DNA from: Hyphomicrobiales bacterium
Lineage (GTDB): Bacteria > Pseudomonadota > Alphaproteobacteria > Rhizobiales > JAJFHC01
Length of the DNA: 64,000 bases
Assembly: GCA_965275905.1 (NCBI GenBank)
Contig: CBDHYJ010000081.1
Span: 88,392-152,391, forward strand
Direction: 5' to 3'
The position numbers and the translations under genes are program-made. The notes under the pieces were generated by a model that did no database searches, was not told the DNA's origin, and saw only the letters and a program-made list of their open reading frames with translations. This document shows, piece by piece, positions 10,779 through 19,082 of the stretch (positions are counted from its first letter, which is position 1; every line of letters begins with the position of its first letter).

Positions 10779-11067
10779 TCCAATCCTCCCGTGTTTGAGT
10801 CTTCAACGCGCATTCGCCGTTTAGTCCGGCTGGCTATCATGCAGCCGGCGTTATCTCGCGCGCCGGAATCGCTTCGCGTGTCATTTTGGGCAGGACCTGT
10901 CGGCAGCCCCCGGATTTGTCGCGAAGCGGCAGGAGATGATACCCAGAAGAGCGACACAGCAAAAGTCGGCTGACGATCACGATTTGCAATTCCGAAGCCC
11001 GGCCGCGGCCATCGCCCCCCCGGAAAGCTCCGTTGAGTTCGCGACCCGTTGGCCTTACCGTGGACGG

Positions 11068-11619
11068 ATGTCGAAAACGCTATTGATTGCCTTCGTGGTC
11101 CTGATCATCAGCGGACTGTCCGGCCCCGCGATGGCCGGCCCGGAAACCGATGCAGTCTTCGCGCGCATCGCGGACCGGTTGGCGCTGATGAAGCCGGTGG
11201 CAGCCTGGAAGCGCGCCCGGAGCGCGGCCGTCGAGGATCTGGCGCGTGAAGCCGTGGTGCTCGAAAAGGCCACCCGGTCCGCGGCTGACGTCGGGCTGGT
11301 CGCCGAGACGGCCAGACCGTTCTTCCAGGCCCAGATCACGGCGGCCAAGGAAATCCAGACCTGCTGGATCGGCAGGTGGGACAGGAACGAGGCCCAGCCG
11401 CCCGACCCCGTGCCGGACCTGAAGACAGAGATCCGGCCGAAGCTGATTAAGATCGGCGCGGCACTCCTGAGCGACATCAAGGATGCACTCGAAGCCGGAG
11501 CGAGCTTCGACGCCGCGCACTCCGCCGACTTCCTCGCAAAGGTCAAACTCGATTGCCTTTCCGCCGAAGGGCACGCTGCAATCTTCAAGGAGCTCGGCGG
11601 CCTGCGCCTGGCAAACTGA
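11068..11619 (+). CDS. aroQ: Secreted chorismate mutase, AroQ gamma subclass
   Basis: Signal peptide; RLALMKPVAAWK, EDLAREAVVL, FFQAQITAAKEIQ, PDLKTEIRP. Confidence 0.85.
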   Translation: MSKTLLIAFVVLIISGLSGPAMAGPETDAVFARIADRLALMKPVAAWKRARSAAVEDLAREAVVLEKATRSAADVGLVAETARPFFQAQITAAKEIQTCWIGRWDRNEAQPPDPVPDLKTEIRPKLIKIGAALLSDIKDALEAGASFDAAHSADFLAKVKLDCLSAEGHAAIFKELGGLRLAN

Positions 11620-11683
11620 AGTCGATCGCCTGCCGGACCGGTACCGCTCGTCAGCCGGTTCATCTATTTTTTCGGCCAGAGTA

Positions 11684-11735
11684 ATGTACCGCCCGGTATA
11701 TCAATTTGACCATCACTATACCGATCGGTATAGTG
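11684..11735 (+). promoter_or_regulatory. Sigma70 promoter overlapped by two palindromic TetR-type operators
   Basis: TTGACC(11706)-17 nt-TATAGT(11729); perfect 22-bp palindrome CACTATACCGATCGGTATAGTG (11714-11735); related ATGTACCGCCCGGTATAT (11684-11701). Confidence 0.8.
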
Positions 11736-11739
11736 GCCC

Positions 11740-12444
11740 ATGCCTGTCGCTACTGAAACGCTTAACCAGGGAAACATTCGCGCCGGCCGCGAACGCGGGG
11801 AAACCGCTCGCCGCCGAATTCTTGATGCCGCGACAGACATCCTCGGTGCCGAGGGTCTCGACGCCCTGACGACGGCCGCGGTCTGCAAGGCTGCAAACAT
11901 CACCAAACCGTCGCTCTACTGGCACTTCGGCAGCAAGGAAGGATTGCTGGTTGCCATCGTCAAGGATGTCGGCCGGCGCGACTACCGGGCCTTCCGGGAA
12001 GTCGACGTTGCCGGTCTCGGCTGGCAGGCCGCGTTCACGGCGTACATGGACGTGCTTCGACGCCTCGTGATCCACGAAACACCCAACAACTGGCTGATCC
12101 TCGCCGCCATTCTCGAAGGACGGGAAGCAGCGCCTGAAATCGTTGATCTGGTCCGCGACATCCGTGTCCGGCAGATCGAATACCAGGCGAACGACATCGA
12201 GACGCGATGGGGGCTGAAAGGCAACCACAGGCTCATTGCCCACATGTGGCTTTCCTTCGCGAGTTACGTATCCCTGCTCTATCGCGACACTCAGGACAAG
12301 GATCTGGTGGAGGATGCGCTCGATGCCTTTTATCGGGCTTTCTTCCTGATTGCTGCGGCCACCGGCGAAAGCGACGACAGTTCGGCCGACATGGCCGCCC
12401 TGCTCGCCGACATCGGTTATGCCCCGGTCGATCGCGACCGATAA
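11740..12444 (+). CDS. TetR/AcrR family regulator
   Basis: N-terminal HTH RILDAA...KPSLYWHFGSKEGL. Confidence 0.93.
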   Translation: MPVATETLNQGNIRAGRERGETARRRILDAATDILGAEGLDALTTAAVCKAANITKPSLYWHFGSKEGLLVAIVKDVGRRDYRAFREVDVAGLGWQAAFTAYMDVLRRLVIHETPNNWLILAAILEGREAAPEIVDLVRDIRVRQIEYQANDIETRWGLKGNHRLIAHMWLSFASYVSLLYRDTQDKDLVEDALDAFYRAFFLIAAATGESDDSSADMAALLADIGYAPVDRDR

Positions 12445-12460
12445 CACTGGGAGACCTTTG

Positions 12461-13405
12461 ATGACCCAGACCACGCGCTTTTTCGACTCAGAGGAAATTC
12501 GGCCCCTCGCCCGCCGGTCCGATGTGATGGGCGCATTGCTGGTCGCCCATTGCTGGGCCTGCATCTTCGGCGCTATGGCGCTCGTTGTCTGGGCGCCCAA
12601 CCCGTTGACCGTCATCCTCGCCATAATGATCATAGGATCGCGCCAACTCGGCCTGGCGATCCTGATGCACGACGCGGCGCATAACGCCCTTTTCAAGACA
12701 CGCTGGCTCAATGAGTTCGCCGGCACATGGCTTTGCGGCCGGCCAATCCTCGCCGACCTTGCCGCCTACCGGCACTATCACCTTAAGCACCACCGTTTCA
12801 CGCAGACCGACGAGGACCCCGATCTCGTCCTCTCAAAACCGTTCCCCACGACCCGTGCGAGCCTGACGCGCAAGCTGATCCGAGACATCACCGGGCAAAC
12901 CGGTATCAAGCAGCGCGCGCAGCAGATTGCATTCGAGTTTCAGATGGCCGGAGACGTTGACAAGGACGATCCGGCCTACGAACAGTTGAGCCAGAATTTC
13001 AGCGGGCCGAATTTCACAAAGGCCCTGGCTTTGAATCTCGGCTTTCTGGTGTTTCTGGCGGCTCTCGGCGTCTGGTGGCTGTACCCGCTGTTCTGGATTG
13101 TCCCGCTCCTGACCTGGTACCAGTTGGTCCTTCGCGTACGGAATATCGCTGAGCACGGCGCGGTCGAGTTCTCGGACAATCCCCTGAGGAACGTGAGGAC
13201 AACAAGAGCCGGTCCGCTTACCGCCTTCTTTCTCGCGCCATACTGGGTGAATTACCATCTCGAGCACCATCTCGTGATGCATGTCCCCTGCTGGAACCTG
13301 CCGAAGCTTCACGCGTTGATGCTCGACAAGGGCTATGGCGACCGCATGGAGATTGGCGCCAGTTACTGGGATGTGCTGAAGACCGCGAGCTCCAAACCGG
13401 CCTGA
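12461..13405 (+). CDS. Membrane fatty acid desaturase family protein
   Basis: His boxes HDAAH, HLKHH, HLEHH; TM segments. Confidence 0.92.
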   Translation: MTQTTRFFDSEEIRPLARRSDVMGALLVAHCWACIFGAMALVVWAPNPLTVILAIMIIGSRQLGLAILMHDAAHNALFKTRWLNEFAGTWLCGRPILADLAAYRHYHLKHHRFTQTDEDPDLVLSKPFPTTRASLTRKLIRDITGQTGIKQRAQQIAFEFQMAGDVDKDDPAYEQLSQNFSGPNFTKALALNLGFLVFLAALGVWWLYPLFWIVPLLTWYQLVLRVRNIAEHGAVEFSDNPLRNVRTTRAGPLTAFFLAPYWVNYHLEHHLVMHVPCWNLPKLHALMLDKGYGDRMEIGASYWDVLKTASSKPA

Positions 13406-13426
13406 AACGCACCGGCAGCGAATTGC

Positions 13427-14617
13427 CTATTGCTTCGTCTCCCGACCAAGCCGTTCAAGCAAGGAAGCACTCGATTTCCCGTACCGGTCCACCGGCGGCA
13501 AGTTGTGCTTGGCGCGAAGTTCATTCAACGCGGCGCGCGTTCTGCGCCCCCATATGCCATCGATCGGGCCTGGCCTGAAGCCGAGTTCCCTCAACTGAGA
13601 TTGCACGGATCGCAGCGTTTCACGTGATGGCCCGCGGAGTTTGATCGAACCGTTGACCGCATAAATCGAGCACACCGGATTGCCTGTCGTGACATTCCGT
13701 TGCAGCACCCGGTTGCACCGGTAGAGAGCATCAACTGTTGCATCGCGGTCGTTCCCCCAGGCGGTGGAGTATCCGTAATATCCGAACGGTCCAATCGCGA
13801 ATGCCTTCCGCCTCGCGCTGTTGCGGTAGTCCCGCCGAAACTCCCTGCGCGCGGCAGAGCCGATCTGCAGTCCGGTCAGATCCGATGTGTTCTCTTCCGG
13901 CTTTACGCCTGAGTATTCCTGGGCGATCGGTATAACGGCGGTGACCGCTGCGCGCACTTCCGGGTCCCAGGGGGCCGCAATCCGTCCCGCCCCCTCCAGG
14001 GACAGCCAGCTCCTGTTTTCGCCTTCAAAGCCTTCCGAGCAGGCCTCCGCGACCGACTGCTTTCGTTTGTATCTCAATTCGCGGCGCAGGAAGCGGTCCA
14101 CCTTCGGATCACCGACGAGCGCCAGCACAGGCACGTCTTGCGCAAGATTGACGGCGCCCTTGCGGCCGTAACCGCACACCGCTCCGGTCGTCACGACGCC
14201 AGCCAATCCGGTCTTGAGCCGCATCGCAAGCCACGCGCCCTCACCATGCCCCCAGACGTAGACCGGAAGATCCGGATGACGTTCCCGGATCACCGCCAGC
14301 GCGCTCTCGGTCTGACGCTCGCGCAACCGATAAACGCTTTCGCGCACGGGATTGGGCCAGGTACAGGAACGCCTTCGCCGCTTCTCGGCGAAACTGTCCG
14401 GCGCATAGACCTTGTAGCCGGAGCGTTCGAGGTGATCGAACCAGGCATGCACCCAACCCGTTGGTCTAAGGCCGCGGCAATCATGCAGGTGAAGCACAAT
14501 TCCGTTTTCCGCTTCTGCCGTCGACTGGAAGCCTCGCTCCAGGGTGATGTCAGCCTGCGCGGCAACAGGGGCCGCGAGCGCGGCAAGCACTACTCCGTAG
14601 CGCAATCGTCTTCCCAT
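13427..14617 (-). CDS. Exported dienelactone-hydrolase-like protein (catalytic Ser absent) with C-terminal peptidoglycan-binding domain
   Basis: Signal peptide; elbow reads WGHGEGA; PG_binding_1 motif VQSQLRELGFRPGPIDGIWGRRTRAAL. Confidence 0.7.
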   Translation of the reverse strand: MGRRLRYGVVLAALAAPVAAQADITLERGFQSTAEAENGIVLHLHDCRGLRPTGWVHAWFDHLERSGYKVYAPDSFAEKRRRRSCTWPNPVRESVYRLRERQTESALAVIRERHPDLPVYVWGHGEGAWLAMRLKTGLAGVVTTGAVCGYGRKGAVNLAQDVPVLALVGDPKVDRFLRRELRYKRKQSVAEACSEGFEGENRSWLSLEGAGRIAAPWDPEVRAAVTAVIPIAQEYSGVKPEENTSDLTGLQIGSAARREFRRDYRNSARRKAFAIGPFGYYGYSTAWGNDRDATVDALYRCNRVLQRNVTTGNPVCSIYAVNGSIKLRGPSRETLRSVQSQLRELGFRPGPIDGIWGRRTRAALNELRAKHNLPPVDRYGKSSASLLERLGRETKQ

Positions 14618-14684
14618 CCCGCCATACTCCTTTTTTCGCACTTGGCCCCCTGCCAGCAACGCTACCGATTGGTGTCGGACGAGT

Positions 14685-16151
14685 TCATTTGCATTGGGGC
14701 TGGTACCGCGCCAGACCCCAGCCAAAGACCGGATCCTTGCCCGGCGCCCCGAGATCGAGACTGTTTTCCCTGAGCACCCGGCGCACGTCACTGCTTGTCG
14801 TTCCTGCGTTATCGCCAATGATCTCCCCCGCCAGACCTGCAAGGTACGCGCTGGCAAAGGATGTTCCGGACCATAGCGACTTGTTGCGCGTTTTCGGCAG
14901 TGACAAACCTACGCCCGGCGCCACGAAGGAAATGTAATCGCCACGGTTTGCCTTGCGGTATGGTCTGAGCAGTTTGTCTACTGCAGACGCGGACAGGACA
15001 TTCTCGTAGGCACCCGGGAAAGCGGGCTTGGCATTTGGACCGCCGTTTCCGGCGGCCGCGACGATCGTGATACCGCGCGCGGCAACGCTCTCGATCGCCT
15101 TCTTGAGCAATGCGTTAGGCGGCCCACTGAGGCTCATATTGATCACATGAACATCTTGCCCGGTGAGCCAGTCAAGGGCCTGCAGCAGCGCGTCGGTCGT
15201 CGCCTTGACATCGTTTCCGCTCCTGTCGAACACATCCGAAGCGTACAACTGCGCGGCTGGCACGAGTCCGGCGAACTTGTCCGGAACGCTGCCGACGAGC
15301 AGGGCAGCAACGGCAGTCCCGTGCAACGTGGGCACCGGAATGGCGTCTTTCGCGAAACGCGCTGTCTTGATCTTGGCCTGATTGAGTGAAGGGTGTTTCA
15401 CATCGACGCCGGTGTCGACGATACCGATCCTGACGCCCTCGCCACACTCCGCCGTGGTCAACGGCCAGTTGACGAGGACATGACCGAAACAGTCTTTGCT
15501 GGCACAGGGCCCGGCGTTCAGACTGTAGGTGGCATTAGGCGATGCCGAGATATCCGGACGAGCAGAGCGCAGCAGACCCAGCGCTTCGACTGCGTCGTCA
15601 ATTTCTTCGCCGGCAAAAATCGTCATGGTTATGCCGATGTTGGGAAGCCTGACCTCCCGAATGGCTGTCAGGCCAAGTGCCTGCGCCGCATCGACGTCTT
15701 CCGCTCCCAGATCCAGCCCGATGACCTCGCGCCGCGCAGCATCGATTCCACCGCCGGAAGATGCACTGTCACCTGATGGGCCACGTGCCGAGCGGCCTGT
15801 GTTCGACCGGCCAATACCAAACAGGCCGAAGAACCCACCGGACCGCGTCTGTCCGGCGTTGCGGCCGCTGGACGCTCCGGAACCGTCATCACCATCGTCG
15901 CCGTCGTCGCCACCGTCGTCACCGCCGTCGCCATCGCCGTCACCGTCTCCATCCCCGTCGCCGTCGCCGTCCCCGTCGCCGTCTCCATCGCCGTCGCCAT
16001 CCCCGTCACCGTCAGCATAGGCCGGCGTCGTGCCGAAGACTTCCGACTGGACCGGCAACACGATTGCGGCAGCAAACACGAATCCGAAAAGAACGAAGAA
16101 TATGGCCGAAGCGCGACTCCGTGTTGTCCAGATATCCAGAAATTCATTCAT
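14685..16151 (-). CDS. Secreted S8 (subtilisin-like) serine peptidase with N-terminal Asp-Gly repeat
   Basis: Triad VDTG, HGTAVA, GTSFA; AAAGN oxyanion motif; DLGAPGKDPVFGWG; signal ending AYA. Confidence 0.93.
   Translation of the reverse strand: MNEFLDIWTTRSRASAIFFVLFGFVFAAAIVLPVQSEVFGTTPAYADGDGDGDGDGDGDGDGDGDGDGDGDGDGDGGDDGGDDGDDGDDGSGASSGRNAGQTRSGGFFGLFGIGRSNTGRSARGPSGDSASSGGGIDAARREVIGLDLGAEDVDAAQALGLTAIREVRLPNIGITMTIFAGEEIDDAVEALGLLRSARPDISASPNATYSLNAGPCASKDCFGHVLVNWPLTTAECGEGVRIGIVDTGVDVKHPSLNQAKIKTARFAKDAIPVPTLHGTAVAALLVGSVPDKFAGLVPAAQLYASDVFDRSGNDVKATTDALLQALDWLTGQDVHVINMSLSGPPNALLKKAIESVAARGITIVAAAGNGGPNAKPAFPGAYENVLSASAVDKLLRPYRKANRGDYISFVAPGVGLSLPKTRNKSLWSGTSFASAYLAGLAGEIIGDNAGTTSSDVRRVLRENSLDLGAPGKDPVFGWGLARYQPQCK
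15882..16013 (-). repeat. Coding (Asp-Gly)15 tract followed by GDD units
   Basis: GAY-GGN hexamers with mixed synonymous codons. Confidence 0.95.
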
Positions 16152-16216
16152 TTTGGTTTCACCAGATTTGTGGCCGGGACCGGGCCAACTATGGCAGCAG
16201 CCCTGCTCTCCGGAAC

Positions 16217-16245
16217 GACAACAAGCATAACGCATCTTTATTCCC
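16217..16245 (-). promoter_or_regulatory. ECF promoter copy 1 (S8 peptidase operon)
   Basis: GGGAAT-N16-TGTTGTC. Confidence 0.8.
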
Positions 16246-16287
16246 GCCGTGCCTCCACGACGGTGTCCGCTTCATCAAAAGAATCTT

Positions 16288-16316
16288 CGGAATAATCCAT
16301 CCGGCCAGCTGTTGTC
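16288..16316 (+). promoter_or_regulatory. ECF promoter copy 2 (DUF1611 gene)
   Basis: CGGAAT-N16-TGTTGTC. Confidence 0.8.
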
Positions 16317-16385
16317 GACGCAATCAACCCCTCGGTGAAACCCGAAATCCGAATGCAAAAAATGACCGCTGCAAAGGAGTCACTT

Positions 16386-17459
16386 ATGTCAAGCGCAGTC
16401 AATCTGAACAAGCCTGTCCCCGGCGCCGCCAAATGGGCGTTCACAACCCGCCGGGTCAGGCGCTGTGACGCCTCAGGCCTCAGCAGGAAACTCACAGAAG
16501 TCCGTTCGGGCGATCTGGTTCTGACGGAAGTGATCAAGATTGGTCAGCACAAGCGTCTGCAGCTTGCCGAAGGGCGACATTCCGACCTTTTTGATGGCGA
16601 CATCGTCGTCCTGACCTGTGGCGACCGCTATGCCCCGGATCAGTTCGAAGCGATCGCCGAGCTTGATCCGGAAAGCACCGATCTCGTCGCGGGTGGCGGT
16701 ATTGTCGGACGGGCCCGGAAATCGCACGGCAGAATGGCGACACCGACCCAACTCAAGCCCCTCGGCCTGCTGACGGATACCGACGGCAAGGTCATCAACA
16801 TCGAACGATACGCACTCCCCTTCAAACCGGAACGCTTCGACCTTCCTGTCATTGTCGTTGTCGGAACTTCGATGAATTCCGGCAAAACGACCACGGCATT
16901 CAGCCTGGCTCACGGCCTCAGCAAAGCCGGATACCGGGTCGCCGGGATGAAGGCTACGGGAACCGGCGCCTTCGGTGACTTCAACGCCTTCCGCGACGCC
17001 GGCGTTCCTATTGTTGCCGATTTCACGGATGTCGGGATGGCATCGACATATCGGCAACCTCTCGACCGTATTGAGAATGGTTTTGCCACCCTGGTCGCCT
17101 ACGCTGCCGCTTCGGGCGCGAACATCGCGGTCGTCGAACTTGCCGATGGTGTCTGCCAGTCCGAGACTGCGGAACTGCTGGATCGTCAGAGTTTCCGAAA
17201 CCGGATGTCGGGCCTGTTGTTTGCCGCCCCTGACGCCCTGAGCGTTGCCGGCGGAGTTACCCATCTGCGCAGCCTCGGTATTGAACCCCTCGCCGTTTCA
17301 GGCCTGGTCAGTTGTTCGCCGTTGGCTGCCGATGAAGCTGAAGCCCTGTCATCGATTTCGGTCGCAACAGCGAAACAGTTGTGCGACCCAGACTACGCCG
17401 CCACCCTGGTCGCCGGATTCATGGCGAATGGTGACCCGGAAAACCGCCGGGTCGCCTGA
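16386..17459 (+). CDS. DUF1611 domain P-loop protein
   Basis: GDRYAPDQFEA, Walker A-like GTSMNSGKTT, KATGTG, DFTDVG, ELADG; AAGGAG RBS. Confidence 0.85.
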   Translation: MSSAVNLNKPVPGAAKWAFTTRRVRRCDASGLSRKLTEVRSGDLVLTEVIKIGQHKRLQLAEGRHSDLFDGDIVVLTCGDRYAPDQFEAIAELDPESTDLVAGGGIVGRARKSHGRMATPTQLKPLGLLTDTDGKVINIERYALPFKPERFDLPVIVVVGTSMNSGKTTTAFSLAHGLSKAGYRVAGMKATGTGAFGDFNAFRDAGVPIVADFTDVGMASTYRQPLDRIENGFATLVAYAAASGANIAVVELADGVCQSETAELLDRQSFRNRMSGLLFAAPDALSVAGGVTHLRSLGIEPLAVSGLVSCSPLAADEAEALSSISVATAKQLCDPDYAATLVAGFMANGDPENRRVA

Positions 17460-17479
17460 AGAGTTTCCTCCTCCCCTCT

Positions 17480-17528
17480 GCGGTGAAGGCCTGGCTGTTG
17501 GGCCAGGTCTTCGCCGCCCCCTTTTTTT
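17480..17528 (+). terminator. Intrinsic terminator after DUF1611 gene
   Basis: GCGGTGAAGGCCTGGC/GCCAGGTCTTCGCCGC stem then T-run; preceded by CCTCCTCCC. Confidence 0.75.
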
Positions 17529-17700
17529 ATACTCTCCTGCGTCAAACATGACATCCGGGCGACCTGCCGATTGTTGTAGGCTGGTGGCCCCGCGCACGCC
17601 ATCGGCGCCGGCACCTTCTGACGCAGGGCAAAGTCCGGCAAAGCTCCATACAATCCAACGGTCAGGTCAGCGAAAAAATGACTGAATGTGTCAAAAAAAT

Positions 17701-17729
17701 GGGAATTTATTCTGCGACCGACTGTTGTC
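17701..17729 (+). promoter_or_regulatory. ECF promoter copy 3 (likely autoregulatory, sigma operon)
   Basis: GGGAAT-N16-TGTTGTC upstream of the sigma gene. Confidence 0.8.
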
Positions 17730-17772
17730 CCAGCGTAACAGCCGCAATCATGCGTCAAGGCGATCACCAGAG

Positions 17773-18285
17773 ATGACCGACACGAAATCACATCTGATCG
17801 CGATGTTGCCGCGATTGCGACGGTTCTGCAGAGGACTGACCGGCTCCGAAGTCGAGGGCGACGAGCTGACTCAGATGGCCTGCGAACGGGCACTATCCCG
17901 ACTGCATTTGTGGCAGGAAGGAACACGTCTCGACAGCTGGCTCTACAAAATAGCGCAGAACCTTTGGATCAACCGGATGCGTCAGGAAAAGGCGCGCAAC
18001 ACGGTGGCGGACATGGATCAGTTGGCAACAGTCGTCGGCGGCGACACGAGAACCGAAGTGGAGACGCGAAATCTCTACGGCAAGACCATGGCCGCCATGG
18101 GTGAGCTTCCCGACGATCAGCGTGAGGTTCTGATACTGGTTTGTGTCGAGGGCTTCTCCTACAAGGAAGCCGCCGAGACACTGGATCTGAAGGTCGGCAC
18201 CGTAATGAGCCGCTTGTCGCGCGCACGGGTGCGGCTGTGGGAGATGGTTCATGGCGAACACACTGCGCCTCGTCAGTCGCAATAG
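17773..18285 (+). CDS. ECF RNA polymerase sigma factor
   Basis: LPRLRRFC, WLYKIAQNLWIN, region 4 SYKEAAETLDLKVGTVMSRLSRAR. Confidence 0.95.
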   Translation: MTDTKSHLIAMLPRLRRFCRGLTGSEVEGDELTQMACERALSRLHLWQEGTRLDSWLYKIAQNLWINRMRQEKARNTVADMDQLATVVGGDTRTEVETRNLYGKTMAAMGELPDDQREVLILVCVEGFSYKEAAETLDLKVGTVMSRLSRARVRLWEMVHGEHTAPRQSQ

Positions 18286-18293
18286 GAATCACG

Positions 18294-19082
18294 ATGATGA
18301 CCACAAAGATCGACGATGAAACATTGATGGCGTATGTCGACGGCGTTCTGCCTGACGAGCAACACGCCGAAGTGACCGCACAGATTCTTCAGGATCCGGA
18401 GTTGCGCGCACGGGCCGACATGCTTCGTGGCGGTGCCGCGCTAGCCCGGCAGGCACTGGACGCGACATTGAGAGAACCGCTGCCTGAGTCCCTGTTGCAA
18501 CCTTTCGACACAAAAAATGCGGAAGAAGAAGACCGGAATGTCGTTGATTTTGCGAAAGCGCGACAATCGCGCTGGAGCACACCATTCCAGGGATTGGGGA
18601 TGGCAGCCGCGGCCTGCGTAACACTTGTTGCCGGAGGTCTGATCGGTTTCTGGCTGCACGGCACCAGCTCTGATTCCGGTGCTCTCGACCCCCGCATTGC
18701 GCAGGTGCTGACGACGGCGAACAGCGGCACGGTGGTGCCGATTTCAACCGGAAATGACTCCGCGGACGTGTTGCCCCTTCTGACTTATGTCGACAACAGG
18801 GGACGGCACTGCCGCCACTACGTTCACCGTGAATCGTCGCCGGACAGCAAACAGGCCTTTGATGGCGTCGCATGTCGTGAGCCTTCGGGCAACTGGTCGC
18901 CGGTCATAACCGTGATGATCGACGCGGCGGACAGCAGCGAGACGGTGTACACGACGGCAAGCGGCGGAATGACGTCGCCGGTTGACGATTTCATCAAAGG
19001 CTCGATCTCCGGAGCCCCCGTTGTCGGACCGGCGGAACGCGACCTGATCAGGGACGGTTGGAAAAAGTCGATTGCGAACTAG
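18294..19082 (+). CDS. Transmembrane anti-sigma factor
   Basis: DDETLMAYVDG N-terminus, single TM, periplasmic domain with CRHY...VACR. Confidence 0.85.
   Translation: MMTTKIDDETLMAYVDGVLPDEQHAEVTAQILQDPELRARADMLRGGAALARQALDATLREPLPESLLQPFDTKNAEEEDRNVVDFAKARQSRWSTPFQGLGMAAAACVTLVAGGLIGFWLHGTSSDSGALDPRIAQVLTTANSGTVVPISTGNDSADVLPLLTYVDNRGRHCRHYVHRESSPDSKQAFDGVACREPSGNWSPVITVMIDAADSSETVYTTASGGMTSPVDDFIKGSISGAPVVGPAERDLIRDGWKKSIAN

Noticed and set aside
15529-16020. Pro-Ser repeat ORF, and a CRISPR or microsatellite reading of the repeat
   Set aside because: It is the reverse complement of the coding Asp-Gly tract; no spacers or cas genes.
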